32,000 bases of DNA from assembly GCF_023585745.1 (NCBI RefSeq), contig NZ_CP097762.1:300001-332000 (forward strand), in the 5' to 3' direction. The position numbers and the translations under genes are program-made. The notes beneath the pieces were generated by a model that saw only the letters and a list, made by a program, of their open reading frames with translations, was not told the origin of the DNA and searched no databases. This stretch comes from Candidatus Saccharimonadota bacterium (GTDB lineage Bacteria > Pseudomonadota > Gammaproteobacteria > Enterobacterales > Enterobacteriaceae). This document shows positions 1 to 12,399 of this stretch, in pieces; the first letter of the stretch is position 1, and the number at the start of each line of letters is the position of its first letter.

Positions 1-2
1 TA

Positions 3-1304
3 AAAAATGGTATAAATAGCACATTAGCAATGAAAATTTTTAATTTGGTCGAAAAATTTGCTGGATACGGTTTCAACAAGTCTCATTCTGCTGCATATGC
101 ATTACTTTCATATCAAACATTATGGCTGAAAACACATTATCCCGCCGAATTCATGGCAGCAGTATTAAGTGCTGATATGGATAACTTAAATAAAATAGCG
201 CACTTAATAAGTGAATGTAAAAAAATGAAACTGACCGTTTTACCCCCAAATATCAATACTAGTCAATATCAATTTCATGTTAATAAAAACAAAGAAATTG
301 TGTACGGATTCGGAGCTATCAAAGGTTTAGGCAATACTTCTATAGACACTATAATAACATCTCGTAACCAAGACGGAAATTTTACAGGATTATCTAATTT
401 ATGTGAACGTATTAATAATAAAAAAATAAATCATCGTATTTTTGAAAAACTAATTTTTTCTGGAGCTTGTGATACTTTCAAAATACATCGGTCTACCTTA
501 GTAAATTCTCTACATAATACACTAAAATATGCTAATCAGCATAATTGGGAAATAAAAAATAAACAATCCAACATATTTGAAAAAAATATAAAAAATATCG
601 ATCTAACAAATATTAAACATTACACTCAAACGACATCAATCTATTCCAATCAAATACTTCTAAAAAAAGAAAAAGAAATGCTTGGATTATATTTAACCCA
701 TCACCCTACCGTACAATATAAAAAAATGATAAAACCTTTTTTACCAAATATCATTGATATTTCCAATATTAAATATATACAACCAAATAAAGAAATATAT
801 ATTTTTGGGCTATTAACATCAATTAAAACAAAATTAAATAATAAAAAAAAACATATTATATTTGGTGTAATAGAAGATCACTCTGAAAAAACAGAAATAA
901 TAATATTTGAAAAAATACTTGATAAATATCAGCATTGTTTAAAAGAAAACAATTTTCTACTTGTTAAAGGAATCACTAAAACACATAAAATATATAATAA
1001 TTGTGCAATAATTGCGCAAAAATTACAAGATATCGATGATATTTATAAAAAACATGCAACTAGTTTATCTATTATACTACAAGAAAAAAATACTAACATT
1101 CAATTATTAAATAATATTCGATTTTTTTTAGAAAAAAATCGATTTGGAACATTACCAATATATTTTCTCTATCAAAAAAATAATATACAAATAAGATTAT
1201 GTTGCGGAACACAATGGTATATTACTCTTAATAATCAATTATTAATTAACTTATGCAATCTTATTGGGGACAAACACGTTAAATTAGAATTTAATAATTG
1301 TTGA
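3..1304 (+). CDS. dnaE: DNA polymerase III alpha subunit, C-terminal part (5' end upstream of window)
   Basis: Frame 3 is open from base 3 to TGA 1302-1304. The translation ([44 protein letters not shown]...) aligns end to end with the C-terminal ~430 residues of E. coli DnaE as I recall it. The ATG at 30 is an internal Met. Confidence 0.95.
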   Translation, partial: KNGINSTLAMKIFNLVEKFAGYGFNKSHSAAYALLSYQTLWLKTHYPAEFMAAVLSADMDNLNKIAHLISECKKMKLTVLPPNINTSQYQFHVNKNKEIVYGFGAIKGLGNTSIDTIITSRNQDGNFTGLSNLCERINNKKINHRIFEKLIFSGACDTFKIHRSTLVNSLHNTLKYANQHNWEIKNKQSNIFEKNIKNIDLTNIKHYTQTTSIYSNQILLKKEKEMLGLYLTHHPTVQYKKMIKPFLPNIIDISNIKYIQPNKEIYIFGLLTSIKTKLNNKKKHIIFGVIEDHSEKTEIIIFEKILDKYQHCLKENNFLLVKGITKTHKIYNNCAIIAQKLQDIDDIYKKHATSLSIILQEKNTNIQLLNNIRFFLEKNRFGTLPIYFLYQKNNIQIRLCCGTQWYITLNNQLLINLCNLIGDKHVKLEFNNC

Positions 1305-1315
1305 GACTAGACTAT

Positions 1316-2275
1316 ATGAATGTAAATTTTCTTGATTTTGAAAAACCTATTTTAGATTTAGAAGAAAAAATTAATTCTTTAACCGTAATAGCACAATCAG
1401 ATAAAAAAATTGATAAAAACATCAATGAAGAAATTCATTATCTCTATGTAAAAAAAAATAATCTTATACAAAAGATTTTTTCCAATTTAAACGCCTGGCA
1501 AATTTCTCAATTAGCTCGACATCCAAACCGTCCCTATACATTGGATTATATTAAATATATATTTAATGATTTTGATGAATTATCTGGAGATAGAATATAC
1601 GCGGATGATAAAGCTATTGTAGGAGGAATAGCAAGATTAGATGCTCGTCCAATAATGATTATTGGACATCAAAAGGGTCGAAATACTCCAGAAAAAATCA
1701 AAAGAAATTTTGGTATGCCTGCTCCAGAAGGCTATAGAAAAGCATTACGCCTAATGAAAATGGCAGCAAGATTTAAAATGCCTATAATTACTTTTATTGA
1801 TACTCCTGGTGCTTATCCTGGAATTGATGCAGAAAAACGTGGACAATCTGCAGCAATTGCTAAAAATTTACGCACAATGTCAATATTAAAAATACCGATT
1901 ATTTGTACTGTTATTGGAGAAGGTGGTTCCGGAGGAGCATTAGCTATTAGCGTAGGAGATAAAATTAATATGTTAGAATATAGTACATACTCCGTAATTT
2001 CTCCGGAAGGATGTGCCTCTATTCTATGGAGAAACGTGAAAAAAGCCCCCATAGCGGCTGAAGCCATGGGCATTACTTCATATCGACTAAAAAAACTAAA
2101 ACTCATTGATAATATAATTCCTGAACCATTGGGTGGCGCACATAGAAATATGTTATCTACATCTATTGCATTAAAAACTCAATTACTGCTAGATTTAAAG
2201 GAATTAGATTCTTTAAAAGAAAATGAATTATTAAAACGCAGATATAATAGATTAATGAATTATGGATATTGTTGA
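1316..2275 (+). CDS. accA: acetyl-CoA carboxylase carboxyltransferase alpha subunit
   Basis: ATG 1316 gives [12 protein letters not shown]..., matching the E. coli AccA N-terminus (MSLNFLDFEQPI...). The TTG at 1298 used by the ORF track overlaps the dnaE stop and adds 6 unmatched residues. Starts 11 nt after dnaE, the same order as E. coli dnaE-accA. Confidence 0.95.
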   Translation: MNVNFLDFEKPILDLEEKINSLTVIAQSDKKIDKNINEEIHYLYVKKNNLIQKIFSNLNAWQISQLARHPNRPYTLDYIKYIFNDFDELSGDRIYADDKAIVGGIARLDARPIMIIGHQKGRNTPEKIKRNFGMPAPEGYRKALRLMKMAARFKMPIITFIDTPGAYPGIDAEKRGQSAAIAKNLRTMSILKIPIICTVIGEGGSGGALAISVGDKINMLEYSTYSVISPEGCASILWRNVKKAPIAAEAMGITSYRLKKLKLIDNIIPEPLGGAHRNMLSTSIALKTQLLLDLKELDSLKENELLKRRYNRLMNYGYC

Positions 2276-2391
2276 TATTTATCATAAATAAATACATTAA
2301 TATTTAAAATTATATAACAACACAGTTTTAAATATTAAATTATTAATTTTTTGATGAAATTAATATATAAAAATAATCTGTATTATACCAT

Positions 2392-3951
2392 ATGATTATT
2401 ACAAATATACCTGAAAAAAATCGCGATCTATATCATAGAGTAGCACAATCTATATCTGGATACAACAAAATTCTACTATCCTATAGTGGAGGGCTAGATT
2501 CTACAGTACTATTGGATATTTTAACAACATTAAGAGACCATTTCAATAATTTAGTGTCGTATCCATTCTCTATAAGAGCAATACACATACAACATAATAT
2601 TAGCAAATACGCCAATGACTGGGCAATACACTGCTTTAAACAATGTAATGTTAGAAATGTCCCACTTTCTGTAGTACATATAAAATATCCAACTACTGAC
2701 AATAAAAAAAGTAATATAGAATGTTTGGCGCGTAATATCCGATATAACATATTATTTAATCATTTAAATTCTGGAGAAATTCTTCTTACTGCACACCATT
2801 TAGATGATCAAACAGAAAGTTTTTTCCTCGCATTAAAAAGAGGAAGCGGACCATTAGGATTATCTGGTATAAAACAAACTATTTTAACAAATAAAAATAA
2901 ATGTAAATTATTACGACCATTATTAGATTTTTCTCGAAAAGAACTAAAAATATATGCTAATAACAAAAAACTTACTTGGATTGAAGATGATAGTAATTTC
3001 AATACCAAATTTGATCGTAATTTTTTGCGAATAAAGATCCTACCATTACTATATAATCGTTGGCCACACTTTAATAAAGTCGTTACACGTTCTGCAAAAT
3101 TATGTGAAGATCAGGAAAATTTATTAAAAGAACTATTATCAAATACTTTAAAAACAGTAATTAATTCTAAAGACTATTATTCTTTATCATTTAAACCATT
3201 ATTTCAATATAGCGCATTAAAAAGACGCGCTATAATACGTCTGTGGTTATCTATGCTAGATATAAAGATGCCTTCTTATCAATTAACAAACCGTATTTGG
3301 AACGAAGTAGTGTTAAGCAAACAAGATGCGCAACCAAGCTTACAATTAAGTAATTGTATTTGTCGTCGATTTAAAGAAAAACTATATATTTTACCTATAA
3401 ATATGAAATATTCTTTTAAAACTACGAAACTAGATTGGAATAAAATACATAATACAATATTACTCCCAACTAACTTAGGGTTATTATTACGCTACCCATT
3501 AAATATAACACTTCATACACAAAAAAAATTACCATGTCTTAACTCAAGTATCATAAAAAAACTACAACCAAATATTCTTTGTAATTACATTAAAAATTTT
3601 AATAAAATATTAACAGTATGCACTGTAAGACCTCCTAGTGCCCATGAACAAGTATCGATATTATTTGGTCACACAAACAATACAATATATATTGTCAACA
3701 AACGACATGGAAAATATTTAAAAAAAATTTGGCAAGAATTTAATATACCACCATGGCTAAGAAGTCGTATCCCTTTGCTATTTTATAACAATACTTTAAT
3801 TAGTGCTATAGGAGTATTTATCACAAAACACGGAAGATATTATAATACTAATAATAAAAAAAACAATACACTATCATGGCAGATATCTTGGGTGCAAGAT
3901 ACATCTACATACAAAATATTTAAACAAAGCATAAAAATTCAATTAGAATAA
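2392..3951 (+). CDS. tilS: tRNA(Ile)-lysidine synthetase
   Basis: N-terminal PP-loop motif SYSGGLDSTVL. HHLDDQTESFFLALKRGSGP and the C-terminal KLKKIWQE..IPPWLR block match E. coli TilS. At 519 aa it is longer than the E. coli protein (~430 aa). Confidence 0.9.
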   Translation: MIITNIPEKNRDLYHRVAQSISGYNKILLSYSGGLDSTVLLDILTTLRDHFNNLVSYPFSIRAIHIQHNISKYANDWAIHCFKQCNVRNVPLSVVHIKYPTTDNKKSNIECLARNIRYNILFNHLNSGEILLTAHHLDDQTESFFLALKRGSGPLGLSGIKQTILTNKNKCKLLRPLLDFSRKELKIYANNKKLTWIEDDSNFNTKFDRNFLRIKILPLLYNRWPHFNKVVTRSAKLCEDQENLLKELLSNTLKTVINSKDYYSLSFKPLFQYSALKRRAIIRLWLSMLDIKMPSYQLTNRIWNEVVLSKQDAQPSLQLSNCICRRFKEKLYILPINMKYSFKTTKLDWNKIHNTILLPTNLGLLLRYPLNITLHTQKKLPCLNSSIIKKLQPNILCNYIKNFNKILTVCTVRPPSAHEQVSILFGHTNNTIYIVNKRHGKYLKKIWQEFNIPPWLRSRIPLLFYNNTLISAIGVFITKHGRYYNTNNKKNNTLSWQISWVQDTSTYKIFKQSIKIQLE

Positions 3952-4038
3952 TTTTAAATTAAAGATATAAAAATAAATATCCAAATTATCATACATTATT
4001 TATTTTAATACTAAATGAATAGTAACATCATGTATTCT

Positions 4039-4084
4039 GTAATACAATTATTTATTAAAAAATAAATAATTGTATTACTTTTTT
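4039..4084 (+). terminator. Perfect 18-bp AT-rich hairpin (4039-4056 / 4061-4078, loop AAAA) followed by T6; likely intrinsic terminator for tilS, in the convergent tilS/proS gap
   Basis: Read directly: gtaatacaattatttatt-aaaa-aataaataattgtattac, then tttttt (4079-4084). It lies 88 nt after the tilS stop and 27 nt beyond the proS stop. Confidence 0.55.
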
Positions 4085-4105
4085 AAAAAGATAAAAATTT
4101 TTACC

Positions 4106-5863
4106 TTATAAATAAAAAATTTCTTTATTTAAAAAATCCACTAACATATTTAATTTAACTTTTCTTACATTTTTACTTTTACGATCCCTATATTCTACTT
4201 CTCCTTTAGTTAAACCTTTATCACTAATAACAAGCATGTGTGGTATTCCAATTAACTCCATATCAGTAAATATAGTTCCTAGATATTCTTGACGATCATC
4301 TATTAATATATCCATTCCTATTATAGGCATCTGCAAAAGTTTTTCATATACGCTCTCTGCTACTTTTTTGACCTCAACAGAACTATGCATATTAATTGGT
4401 ATAATCACTAATTTAAATGGAGCTATTATCGTCGGCCATAAAATACCATTTTTATCATAATTTTGTTCAATTAAAACAGCAACAATACGAGTAATTCCTA
4501 TTCCATAACAACCCATTTCTATTGAAATATTATTTTTGCTACTTTTTTTCACTGTATCATAAATAAAATTTGAATATTTTTGACCTAACTGAAATATATG
4601 ACCGATTTCTGTGCAATTTTGCATTATAGGCATACTTTTTCCACCATTATGAAAATTAACATCAGATTCTTCACATAAATCTTTTATTATTGGTAATAAT
4701 ATATCTTTATTCCAATTCATATTAAAAAAATACTTACCACTTACATCAGAACCAGCAATAAAATTATCCAAAACAGCTGCATTATAATCTATAATTAAAG
4801 GAACAGACAAATTTATAGGACCTAAAAAATTAGGTTGCGCTCCAGTTAACTTATATATTTCTTCTACATTAACATATGATAATAATACATAACCATACCT
4901 TTCTAAGATCATCTTAATTTTTTTGTCACTAATTTTAGAATTAGCGCGTATCACTATACCTAAAAAAGAATTAGGGCTTTTCACGTATCTAGTACTAATT
5001 TGTAGTAATACAGTTTTTACAATACTATTAACAGATAAATTAAATTTACTAATTAATTCTTCCAGAGAACTAATTGATGAATCTTCTACTAACCGAATCG
5101 TCTCATTAATAAATATTTCTTTAAATGGTATCGATGTAAATTTAATGCAAGAAGATAATTTAAGATTACTAAAATTATTATTAAATTCTATAGGCAGCGC
5201 AATAGTGTCTTCCCCAGTTTCAGAATATGCTTGAAACTCATGCGATAACATTCCTCCAATCTTACCCGGATTAGCCTGAACAACACAAAATTTTAATCCA
5301 ATACGATTAAAAATATTAATATATGCTTCATGCATTTCATTATATGTCTTTTGAAGAGATTCTTTATTAATATGAAAAGAATATCCATCTTTCATAAGAA
5401 ACTCTCTTGCTCTTATTACACCAGATCTTGGTCGTGCTTCATCCCGATATTTAGTATGAATTTGATATACAATTAACGGAAACCTATTATGTGATATAAT
5501 GTCTTTAGAAAAAACTTTAGATACCAATTCTTCATGAGTCGGACCTAATACAAATCCTTTATTATTACGATTCCTAAAATATAATAATTCTTTACCATAT
5601 TTTATTAAACGTCCGCTCTTTTCCCATAAATCTGCTGGCTGAACAATAGGCATTAATATTTCCAATGCACCTATTTTACACATTTCTTCTCTAATAATAT
5701 TTTCTATTTTTTTTAAAACACGTAAACCGGTAGGTAACCAAACATAAAGCCCAGATGATATACACCGAACTAAACCTGCTCGCAACATTAATTTATGACT
5801 AATAACCGAACAACTCTTAGGGCTATCTCTAAGAGTAGCTAATAAATATTTGCTAGTACGCAT
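4106..5863 (-). CDS. proS: prolyl-tRNA synthetase
   Basis: 585 aa. MRTSKYLLATLRDSPKSCSVISHKLMLRAGLVR...WLPTGLRVLKKIENIIREEM matches the E. coli ProS N-terminus. Length is close to the ~572 aa bacterial-type ProS with editing insertion. Confidence 0.95.
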   Translation of the reverse strand: MRTSKYLLATLRDSPKSCSVISHKLMLRAGLVRCISSGLYVWLPTGLRVLKKIENIIREEMCKIGALEILMPIVQPADLWEKSGRLIKYGKELLYFRNRNNKGFVLGPTHEELVSKVFSKDIISHNRFPLIVYQIHTKYRDEARPRSGVIRAREFLMKDGYSFHINKESLQKTYNEMHEAYINIFNRIGLKFCVVQANPGKIGGMLSHEFQAYSETGEDTIALPIEFNNNFSNLKLSSCIKFTSIPFKEIFINETIRLVEDSSISSLEELISKFNLSVNSIVKTVLLQISTRYVKSPNSFLGIVIRANSKISDKKIKMILERYGYVLLSYVNVEEIYKLTGAQPNFLGPINLSVPLIIDYNAAVLDNFIAGSDVSGKYFFNMNWNKDILLPIIKDLCEESDVNFHNGGKSMPIMQNCTEIGHIFQLGQKYSNFIYDTVKKSSKNNISIEMGCYGIGITRIVAVLIEQNYDKNGILWPTIIAPFKLVIIPINMHSSVEVKKVAESVYEKLLQMPIIGMDILIDDRQEYLGTIFTDMELIGIPHMLVISDKGLTKGEVEYRDRKSKNVRKVKLNMLVDFLNKEIFYL

Positions 5864-6632
5864 TATCTCTTGCTTTTTTAAATAAAAGATAAAAATGTCT
5901 TTTTCTTATAAGAACATATTTAATATTTAAAAATAAGTATTTGTTATGTTAACAACATTTTAAAAAAATAAGATTTTATCTATATCAAATTAACTATAAT
6001 AATGACTATGCAGAATTTTCTCAAAAAAACTATAAATTTACAGAAATACTAACTAAAAATATTTAATCTTTAAATTAAACAGTTAATATTTTTCAAAATT
6101 TCATATTTATACTGAATAAAACTCGTAAAACTGTCTTAAATATAATATAAATAATATTTTTTATGCAACACATCCCAATAAAATCAATCTATATATGCTA
6201 ACACAGCATATATTACATGATATAATTTAAAATAAAATTTTAATAGAATTATATAATGTAATGAAACTTCTAAAATCTATCTATAATAGAATGTTATACG
6301 TTATATAACATCTAAATCAAATATCTAAACTAGAGTCCATATATTAATGTATCTAATTACACTAATTAATAAAAACTAAAATTAAATGAACCATTGTACT
6401 ACTAATATTTCTGACAAAACTACAAAATATAACCAATACTTTAAAAAAGTAAAACAAAAATTTTTAATTCCATTGAAATCACTAGCCAATTTTACATAAA
6501 AACATAATATACTAATTTAATTATAATTGCACTTATACAGCATATAAAATACCACAAACACATCACATTACGTTTAAATATATAAAACATTTCATGTATC
6601 ACTATTTTATCAAAAATATATTATTTTAAAAT

Positions 6633-7982
6633 TTAAATATTAAATCTACTCTGTAAATAATTAACATTAATACCATCACCTTTCTGGAATAAAGCGTCAG
6701 TCAAAATCTTTTTTTGTAATTCAATATTCGTATTTATTCCATCAATTATTAATTCTGATAATGCATTTTTCATACGTGCTATAGCTATATCGCGTGTTTC
6801 TCCAAAACAAATTAATTTTCCTATCATAGAGTCATAACACGATGGGACTTCATATCCAGAATAAATATGAGACTCCCAACGCACTCCAAATCCTCCTGGA
6901 GCATGAAATCTAGTAATACGTCCAGAACTAGGAAGACAATTCCAAGAATCTTCAGCATTTATTCTGCATTCTATAGAATGACCTGTAGACTTAACCATAT
7001 TTTGCTTGATATTTAGTGTACACCCAGAAGCAATTCGCAATTGTGCTTTAACTAAATCTATTCCAGTAATCATCTCTGTAATTGTATGTTCTACTTGAAT
7101 TCGAGTATTCATTTCAATGAAAAAAAAATTATCATTTTCATATAAAAATTCAAAAGTTCCTACACCACGATAACCAATATCATAACACGCTCTTACACAA
7201 CTTTCTCCAATGCGTTTTTTAATATCAGGATTAATATTTATAGCAGGAGTTTCCTCTATTAATTTTTGATGTCTTCTTTGTATGGAACAATCACGCTCTG
7301 TCAAATAAATTACGTTTCCTTTTCCATCAGATATAACTTGTATTTCTATATGCCTCGGATTTTCTAAATATCTTTCAACATAAATTTCATCATTATTAAA
7401 CATAGCTTTTGATTCCGAACGCACTATCTGCATGGCATATGGTAAATCTGATACTTTTTTAACAACACGCATGCCTCTACCACCGCCGCCGTGAGCAGAT
7501 TTTACAATTACTGGATAACAAACTTCATGTAAATTTTTATGTGAAAAATTATTATTTGAACATTTGTCAAATTCATAATACCAACCCGGCACAGAAACAA
7601 TTCCAGATTTTTTCATAGCAGTAATAGCAGATATTTTATTACCCATAATACGAATAGTTTCTGAACAGGGTCCAATAAAAATAAAACCAGAACGTTCAAC
7701 TTGTTCAGCAAAATCAGCATTTTCTGATAAAAAACCATAACCAGGGTGAATACCAGATGCTCCGGTAATTTCTGCAGCCGTAATAATAGCAGGAATATTC
7801 AAATAACTACGTTCTGATTCTGATGGTCCTATACAAATAGTCTCATCAGATAATAATACATGTTTTAAATACCGATCTGCAATAGAATAAACAGCTACCG
7901 TTTTTATATTTAATTCTCTGCACGCACGCAATATACGCAATGCTATTTCACCTCGATTTGCAATTATAATTTTATCTAACAT
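6633..7982 (-). CDS. accC: biotin carboxylase subunit of acetyl-CoA carboxylase
   Basis: 449 aa, the same length as E. coli Acc[34 protein letters not shown] and the glycine-rich [13 protein letters not shown]-grasp motif are present. Confidence 0.96.
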   Translation of the reverse strand: MLDKIIIANRGEIALRILRACRELNIKTVAVYSIADRYLKHVLLSDETICIGPSESERSYLNIPAIITAAEITGASGIHPGYGFLSENADFAEQVERSGFIFIGPCSETIRIMGNKISAITAMKKSGIVSVPGWYYEFDKCSNNNFSHKNLHEVCYPVIVKSAHGGGGRGMRVVKKVSDLPYAMQIVRSESKAMFNNDEIYVERYLENPRHIEIQVISDGKGNVIYLTERDCSIQRRHQKLIEETPAININPDIKKRIGESCVRACYDIGYRGVGTFEFLYENDNFFFIEMNTRIQVEHTITEMITGIDLVKAQLRIASGCTLNIKQNMVKSTGHSIECRINAEDSWNCLPSSGRITRFHAPGGFGVRWESHIYSGYEVPSCYDSMIGKLICFGETRDIAIARMKNALSELIIDGINTNIELQKKILTDALFQKGDGINVNYLQSRFNI

Positions 7983-7997
7983 TCTAATTCTATTCCT

Positions 7998-8453
7998 TCA
8001 CTCAATAACAAATAATGGTTCATTAAATTCAACTGGTTGCCCATTTTTAAGAAAAATGGATTTTATTGTTCCTGATTTATCTGATTGAATTTGATTCATC
8101 ACTTTCATAGCTTCAATAATGCACAAAATATCTCCCACTTTTACCATTTGACCTACTGACACGAATGGACTAGCCTGCTTGTTAGGGGCCGCATAAAAAA
8201 TACCCACCATTGGTGAACGTACAATATAACCATTTGTCAATTTAGAATGTTTATAGTTCTTTGTATCTATATTAGTAGAATCACATACCGCAATATCCGA
8301 TTCTGATTGTACAGATGCATAATTTAATGCAGATGACATATCGCGCGTCAAACGATCAACACGTATCGCTTTATTGCCCTCAACAATTTCTAATTTAGAA
8401 ATATTAGATTCTTCAATTAATTTAATTATTTTTTTTATTTTACGAATATCCAT
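7998..8453 (-). CDS. accB: biotin carboxyl carrier protein
   Basis: 151 aa with the biotinylation motif EAMKVMN near the C-terminus. It sits 15 nt upstream of accC, as in the E. coli accBC operon. Confidence 0.95.
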   Translation of the reverse strand: MDIRKIKKIIKLIEESNISKLEIVEGNKAIRVDRLTRDMSSALNYASVQSESDIAVCDSTNIDTKNYKHSKLTNGYIVRSPMVGIFYAAPNKQASPFVSVGQMVKVGDILCIIEAMKVMNQIQSDKSGTIKSIFLKNGQPVEFNEPLFVIE

Positions 8454-8475
8454 AACATCAGCCTATATTTATCTA

Positions 8476-8934
8476 TTATTTATTAATTTTTTGCAACAAA
8501 TGCGATCGAGCCATATGTATAGCACAATAATATCCATGTGCTCCAAATCCACAAATTATTCCAAGCGCAATATCAGATAAATATGAACACTGCCGGAACT
8601 GTTCCCTAGCATATATATTGGAAAGATGTATTTCTACAAAAGGTATATTCACTGCTAAAAACGCATCTCGTAACGCTATACTAGTATGAGTAAATGATGC
8701 AGGATTAATTATAATAAAATCTGTATTGTCAATACTTTGATGTATACGATCAACTAATTCATGTTCTGCATTAGATTGAAAATGATCCATATACATACCT
8801 AAAGATTTAGCAATATCATATAACTCCATAACAATATCAGATAAACTTCGGCATCCATAAATTTTTGGTTCACGTATACCTAATAAATTCAAGTTAGGTC
8901 CATTTATTAACAAAATACGAAACATGTTTACCAT
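8476..8934 (-). CDS. aroQ: 3-dehydroquinate dehydratase, type II
   Basis: 152 aa. [19 protein letters not shown]...[16 protein letters not shown]...[16 protein letters not shown] match E. coli AroQ. It is directly upstream of accB, as in E. coli. Confidence 0.95.
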   Translation of the reverse strand: MVNMFRILLINGPNLNLLGIREPKIYGCRSLSDIVMELYDIAKSLGMYMDHFQSNAEHELVDRIHQSIDNTDFIIINPASFTHTSIALRDAFLAVNIPFVEIHLSNIYAREQFRQCSYLSDIALGIICGFGAHGYYCAIHMARSHLLQKINK

Positions 8935-9484
8935 AACTTATCCTTATACTAGTTCGTAATATAAGTATTATTTTATCATAATTAATATATACAACTATAA
9001 TAAATTTATTATATAATGTTTTATGTTTTATTTAATATAAAGACACGAATATACTGTTTTTAACTAGCATCTATCTTTTTATAAAAAAGATAATTTTCAC
9101 AACCAAAATATTACTATGAGCTGTAGAAAATGATACACAATTTCTATTATTATCATATAATAACATTTAATATGACTCTATAATAACACTGGAGTAATAG
9201 TGTATATAATAGTTAATATGTTTAATACAAAAGTCACATATCTGACACTTTATTTAACTAGAATTAACTATAATATAGTAACCCATACTATATGGGAATA
9301 TAACATGAATCAATATAATGATTCTACAAATTATTCACTTACATAAATATATATAATATATAAACTTAAATGACTTACCAACTAAGTTATTTGAAAATTT
9401 TAAAAAATTATTTAATGAATATATGTATAATCTAATATTTTTAGAAATAAAATTAATTATATATATTAAACAATACTGTTTTAA

Positions 9485-10534
<1,050 letters not shown>

Positions 10535-10660
10535 ATTTTTCTGTTTTATAAAGATCAATTATCATTTAAAATAACTACAAGATAAACTTGTATATAATAT
10601 TATATTGCACATGTAATTTTAATTACATTAAAAGAAATAACACAAATCAGGCACTTTTAT

Positions 10661-11476
10661 ATGTATAATACTATACACAATAAGTTTCCTCATTTAGAAT
10701 TACGTCTCTTATTAGCAGTAATAATATCTGGTCTAATTATCGTAACAGATAAAAAATTAAATATACTACTACCGTTAAAAAATTATATAGAAGACTCTAT
10801 GTATTTATTATATTGTCTATGCGACAAACCTCGATACATATTAAATTTTACTTTAAAAAGACTATCGGAATATAATAATCTAATTATAGAAAATAATATG
10901 TTACGTCAAGAATTATTACTAAAAAAAAGCGAATTATTACTAATAGAGCAGTATAAAAAAGACAATTTCAAATTATATGAATTAATAAATACTCCATTAA
11001 TTTTAAATAAAAAAAAAATAATCACCAGAGTATTATTTATAAATACAGATCCATATAACAATACAATTCTGATAAATCATGGAAAAATTAACGATATTTA
11101 CATCGGACAACCCGTACTTACTGATAAAGGAATAGTAGGACAAGTAATCTCAACTAATAAACATACCAGTCGTATTTTATTAATTTGTGACCCAAAACAT
11201 GCTTTATCTGTTCAAATACAACGTAATGATATACGGATTATTTTAGCAGGCTTTGGATATAATGCAGATTTACAAGCAGAACATCTAGGAAAAATTGATG
11301 TATCTATAGGAGACATATTAGTAACATCTGGACTAGATGGAAGATTTCCAGAAGGATACCCAGTAGCAATCGTATCAAATATAGTGAAAAATGCAAAAAA
11401 AGATCTTACTATAATCCAAGCTCATCCTACGGTAAAATTACAATATTTACGCTATGTAATACTTATCTGGATATAA
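10661..11476 (+). CDS. mreC: rod-shape-determining protein MreC (lacks the Pro/Ala-rich C-terminal tail of E. coli MreC)
   Basis: 271 aa. LRQELLLKKSELLLIEQYKKDN, RILLICDPKHALSVQIQRNDIR and SGLDGRFPEGYPVAIVS match E. coli MreC. It follows mreB. Confidence 0.92.
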   Translation: MYNTIHNKFPHLELRLLLAVIISGLIIVTDKKLNILLPLKNYIEDSMYLLYCLCDKPRYILNFTLKRLSEYNNLIIENNMLRQELLLKKSELLLIEQYKKDNFKLYELINTPLILNKKKIITRVLFINTDPYNNTILINHGKINDIYIGQPVLTDKGIVGQVISTNKHTSRILLICDPKHALSVQIQRNDIRIILAGFGYNADLQAEHLGKIDVSIGDILVTSGLDGRFPEGYPVAIVSNIVKNAKKDLTIIQAHPTVKLQYLRYVILIWI

Positions 11477-11522
11477 CATAACCCATCATTACCTTTCAAA
11501 CAATATAAATAAACAGATATAA

Positions 11523-11999
11523 ATGCAACGTACTCACAAATTTCGGACTATATATAGCTCTTTTATAATTGCAATTATTCTGCAACTTATTCCAATTTTT
11601 CCGAAAACATGGTATTTCTACCCATCCTGGTCGCTAATGTTATTAATATACTGGACTACAATATGCCCAAATCAAGTAAATATAGGAACTGGATTCATAC
11701 TAGGATTAATTACAGATATTGCTCTTGGTTCTAATTTAGGTATATGTTCTTTATCTTTTAGTATTCTTAATTATTTAACAATTCGAAAAATTTATTTTTT
11801 TAAACATACTCCAATTTGGCAACAATCCTGTATAATTGTATTATTTTCATTCCTGAATCAAAATATTATTTTTTTTGCAAAAATTCTAACAATAGAGATA
11901 TCATACACACCAAAAATATTTTGTAATTGTTTACTAGATGGTAGTATCTGGGCTATATTTATTTTTGTGCACAAAAAAATTATAAAATTTAACGAATGA
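11523..11999 (+). CDS. mreD: rod-shape-determining protein MreD
   Basis: 158 aa polytopic membrane protein directly after mreC. The VNIGTGFILGLITD and IWQQS segments parallel E. coli MreD (VNVGTGFVMGAILD, LWQQA). Confidence 0.85.
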   Translation: MQRTHKFRTIYSSFIIAIILQLIPIFPKTWYFYPSWSLMLLIYWTTICPNQVNIGTGFILGLITDIALGSNLGICSLSFSILNYLTIRKIYFFKHTPIWQQSCIIVLFSFLNQNIIFFAKILTIEISYTPKIFCNCLLDGSIWAIFIFVHKKIIKFNE

Positions 12000-12399
12000 T
12001 ATAATATAAATCATTTCTGATAAACATTTTATGTTTTCAACTTTACTAGCATCAATAAAATTAACACAGAAATAATATTATTTATTGTTTTTACAAAAAA
12101 AATAACGCATAATAATTGCGATTATAAAAAATATAAAAACAGGATTTTTTTAAAATACAATAATTTTATTAACGCACAATATATAAATATTAAATTGTAA
12201 ATAGTATAAAATTCTATATACGGTGAAATAATTAATAAAATCATAAAAATAACCCAATACTACAACATAATCTTTCTAAGAAAGCACCTAAAAATCATAA
12301 AAATTATTTTAGAATTTTATTGAAAATTCTAAAAACACCACTTGCAAATAGTGCATTTATACTTTGAGTATAAATAAAATGATTCATAATAGGAATGAT

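Noticed and set aside
1298-1315. N-terminal extensions suggested by the ORF track: accA from TTG 1298, tldD from TTG 12364, folD from 27669
   Set aside because: Alignment with the E. coli N-termini supports the internal ATGs at 1316, 12400 (preceded by AGGA) and 27615. The extensions are unmatched AT-rich codons.
1813-2106. Antisense/shadow ORFs nested inside conserved genes. They are 1813-2106, 2481-2750, 2808-3008, 4923-5234, 9658-10083, 10165-10428, 12906-13121, 13581-13787, 14188-14472, 17156-17338, 18470-18826, 20353-20640, 21015-21239, 22323-22553, 26864-27049, 27035-27223, 27186-27377 and 27296-27547.
   Set aside because: Each lies wholly within a strongly conserved gene on the opposite strand or in another frame. 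None has a recognisable motif or SD sequence. They are the expected by-product of stop-poor reverse frames in the locally GC-richer conserved genes.
12343-12366. TTGCAA ... TATACT just upstream of tldD as a sigma-70 promoter; similar TTGCAA...TATAAT at about 14030-14056
   Set aside because: The spacers are only ~10 nt, far from the 16-18 nt optimum. Hexamer-like words are abundant by chance in this composition.
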